From Terriglobia bacterium (lineage in GTDB: Bacteria > Acidobacteriota > Terriglobia > 2-12-FULL-54-10), in NCBI GenBank assembly GCA_963666975.2, contig CAXVYR010000004.1:480001-544000 (forward strand): a stretch of 64,000 nt of DNA, written 5' to 3'. The notes under the pieces were generated by a model that saw nothing but the letters and a program-made list of their open reading frames with translations, made no database searches and was not told where the DNA came from. Of the stretch, positions 62,417 to 64,000 are shown in pieces (position 1 is the first letter of the stretch; each line of letters opens with the position of its first letter). The position numbers and the translations under genes were made by a program.

Positions 62417-63577
62417 ATGAATATCATCATCGTCGGCTACGGCCGGGTAGGAACTCAAGTTGTCAAGCTGCTATTGGACCGGAAACACTCGCTCGTGGTC
62501 ATCGACAAAGACCGCAGCGTGCTGGAAAAATCGATAGTGGACGAAGGGGTAAAGGTCCTGATTGGGGACGCCGTGGACCCGGACCTGCTTCGGGAAGCAG
62601 GCGCGGAGAAGGCGGACGTCTTGCTGGCCCTGACGCGCGAGGAAAACACCAACTTGATGGCGGCTCAGATCGCCCGCATCGCCTTCAACGTTCCGAAAAC
62701 CATCGCCGCTGTCTATGACCTGCAACGGGAGAAAGGCTTCCATGCCGCCGGGATCGACACGGCTTCGCTGACCGTCAGCGGGGCGCAACTGCTGGCCAGC
62801 AAGATTGAAGCCCTTCCCCCCTCTCCGCGAGAGGCCCCACCGGAAACGCCCGCGCCTCCCTCACCCGCCAAGCCTCTCTCCCTTCCGGTGCCGGAACGTT
62901 CCACCACCGGGGCCGGACCTTACTATGTCATCATAGTCGGCGGCGGAAAAGTGGGCTACTACCTCGGACGGACGCTGCTGGACGAAGGCCATGAAGCCAC
63001 CATTATTGAGGCCGATCCCAAGACCTTCGCGCTCGTTTCCGGCCAACTGGATTGTCCCGTCATCCACGGGGATGGCTCCACCCACGCCGTGCTGGAGAAA
63101 GCGGGCGCCGACCGCTGCGACGTATTCGTGGCGGTCACCAACCATGACTCCGACAACCTGATCGCCTGCGAAGTGGCCAAGCGGGAGTTTGGAGTTTCCA
63201 AGACGATTGCCCGCGTGAAGAACCCCAAAAACGAAAGAATTATGCAGCAGTTGGGCGTCGATGTGACCGTGAGCTCGACGGCGCTGATCAGTTCCTTGAT
63301 TGAAAGCGAGCTGCCCATCCACAAGATTCGAACGCTGCTGAGTTTGCGCGCCGGACACCTGGAGATCATGGAGTATGTGCTCGACGATCAATCTCCCGTG
63401 ATCGGCCAGCAAATAAAAGAAGTGCCCATGCCATCCAATTGCAACATCGTCACCATCATCCGCCGGGGCAACCCGCTGGTCCCCCGGGGCGATACCATCT
63501 TCGAAAACAGCGACATCGTATTGGCCTTGACGGAGCTCACCACCGAACCTCGACTGCGGAAACTATTGGTCGGGTAG
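62417..63577 (+). CDS. TrkA family potassium-uptake regulator (RCK_N-linker-RCK_N-RCK_C)
   Basis: two GxGxxG motifs (GYGRVG, GGGKVG), Pro-rich linker, C-terminal IIRRG..VPRGDT. Confidence 0.88.
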   Translation: MNIIIVGYGRVGTQVVKLLLDRKHSLVVIDKDRSVLEKSIVDEGVKVLIGDAVDPDLLREAGAEKADVLLALTREENTNLMAAQIARIAFNVPKTIAAVYDLQREKGFHAAGIDTASLTVSGAQLLASKIEALPPSPREAPPETPAPPSPAKPLSLPVPERSTTGAGPYYVIIVGGGKVGYYLGRTLLDEGHEATIIEADPKTFALVSGQLDCPVIHGDGSTHAVLEKAGADRCDVFVAVTNHDSDNLIACEVAKREFGVSKTIARVKNPKNERIMQQLGVDVTVSSTALISSLIESELPIHKIRTLLSLRAGHLEIMEYVLDDQSPVIGQQIKEVPMPSNCNIVTIIRRGNPLVPRGDTIFENSDIVLALTELTTEPRLRKLLVG

Positions 63578-63691
63578 GACTCCTCACCAGCTTTTTTGGG
63601 AAATTTCACCGGGAGCAGAAGCGTTCCCGGGGAGTTTAGCTGTATGATTTCCAGGGAAAGAATAAATGGAAAATGGACGCCGAGCGAGCGC

Positions 63692-64000
63692 CTATAGCGG
63701 AACTTCCGTGCTCTCCAGGATTTCCTTCACAACGGCCTCGGCCTGCTCGGACTTTTTTAAGGTGGATGCGTAGCGCGTGCTGACCACCACCCGATGGGCA
63801 AAAACGGGGACAGCCAGCCGCTTAAAGTCATCCGGGATACAGTAATTGCGACCCTCCAGCAAAGCCAGCGCTTGAGCCGCCCGGTACAGAGCCTGCGAAC
63901 CACGGGGGCTCACTCCCAGGGCCAGGTTCTCATGCTCGCGGGTCTTGCCCACAATGGCCAGCATGTAGTTGACCAGCGGGTCCTCTACGGCGACTTCCCT
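63692..64000 (-). CDS. MoxR family AAA ATPase (3' part; runs off the window)
   Basis: LGVSPRGS..L.RAAQALA..GRNYCIPDD...VFAHR. Confidence 0.9.
   Translation of the reverse strand, partial: REVAVEDPLVNYMLAIVGKTREHENLALGVSPRGSQALYRAAQALALLEGRNYCIPDDFKRLAVPVFAHRVVVSTRYASTLKKSEQAEAVVKEILESTEVPL

Overview
GC-rich bacterial chromosome segment. The gene content (long LptC/LptA fusion, cohesin-bearing secretin, exosortase/EpsI/PEP-CTERM) suggests Acidobacteriota; this is inference. Housekeeping blocks flank the window: rapZ-rpoN-lptB-lptC/A, ihf, rpsA, skp, ctpA, tRNA-Thr, metH on the left, and T2SS secretin/pseudopilins, opp, smpB, pepA, trkA, moxR on the right. Between them lie (i) a ~15 kb island with no visible integrase (about 24.9-39.7 kb) and (ii) a sigma54-controlled PEP-CTERM/exosortase/EPS system split over two loci. 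The island carries several toxin-antitoxin modules and two copies of a compact five-gene cassette: annealase-like, SSB-like, Cas4/AddB-like Fe-S nuclease, DUF222-like protein, HNH nuclease. Each copy has a different divergent repressor and operator. The PEP-CTERM/EPS system carries lesions in four genes. An IS256 sits at the PEP-CTERM start codon, and the same IS256 end lies inside the exosortase. An IS3/IS481-type element truncates the EPS beta-barrel gene, and the response-regulator bEBP lacks an intact GAFTGA loop. Several stretches look like consensus blends of two alleles, implying population heterogeneity or polishing artefacts. A family of nested miniature repeats (a 24-bp hairpin inserted into itself, inside a REP-like pair, inside a MITE) occurs at four intergenic sites.
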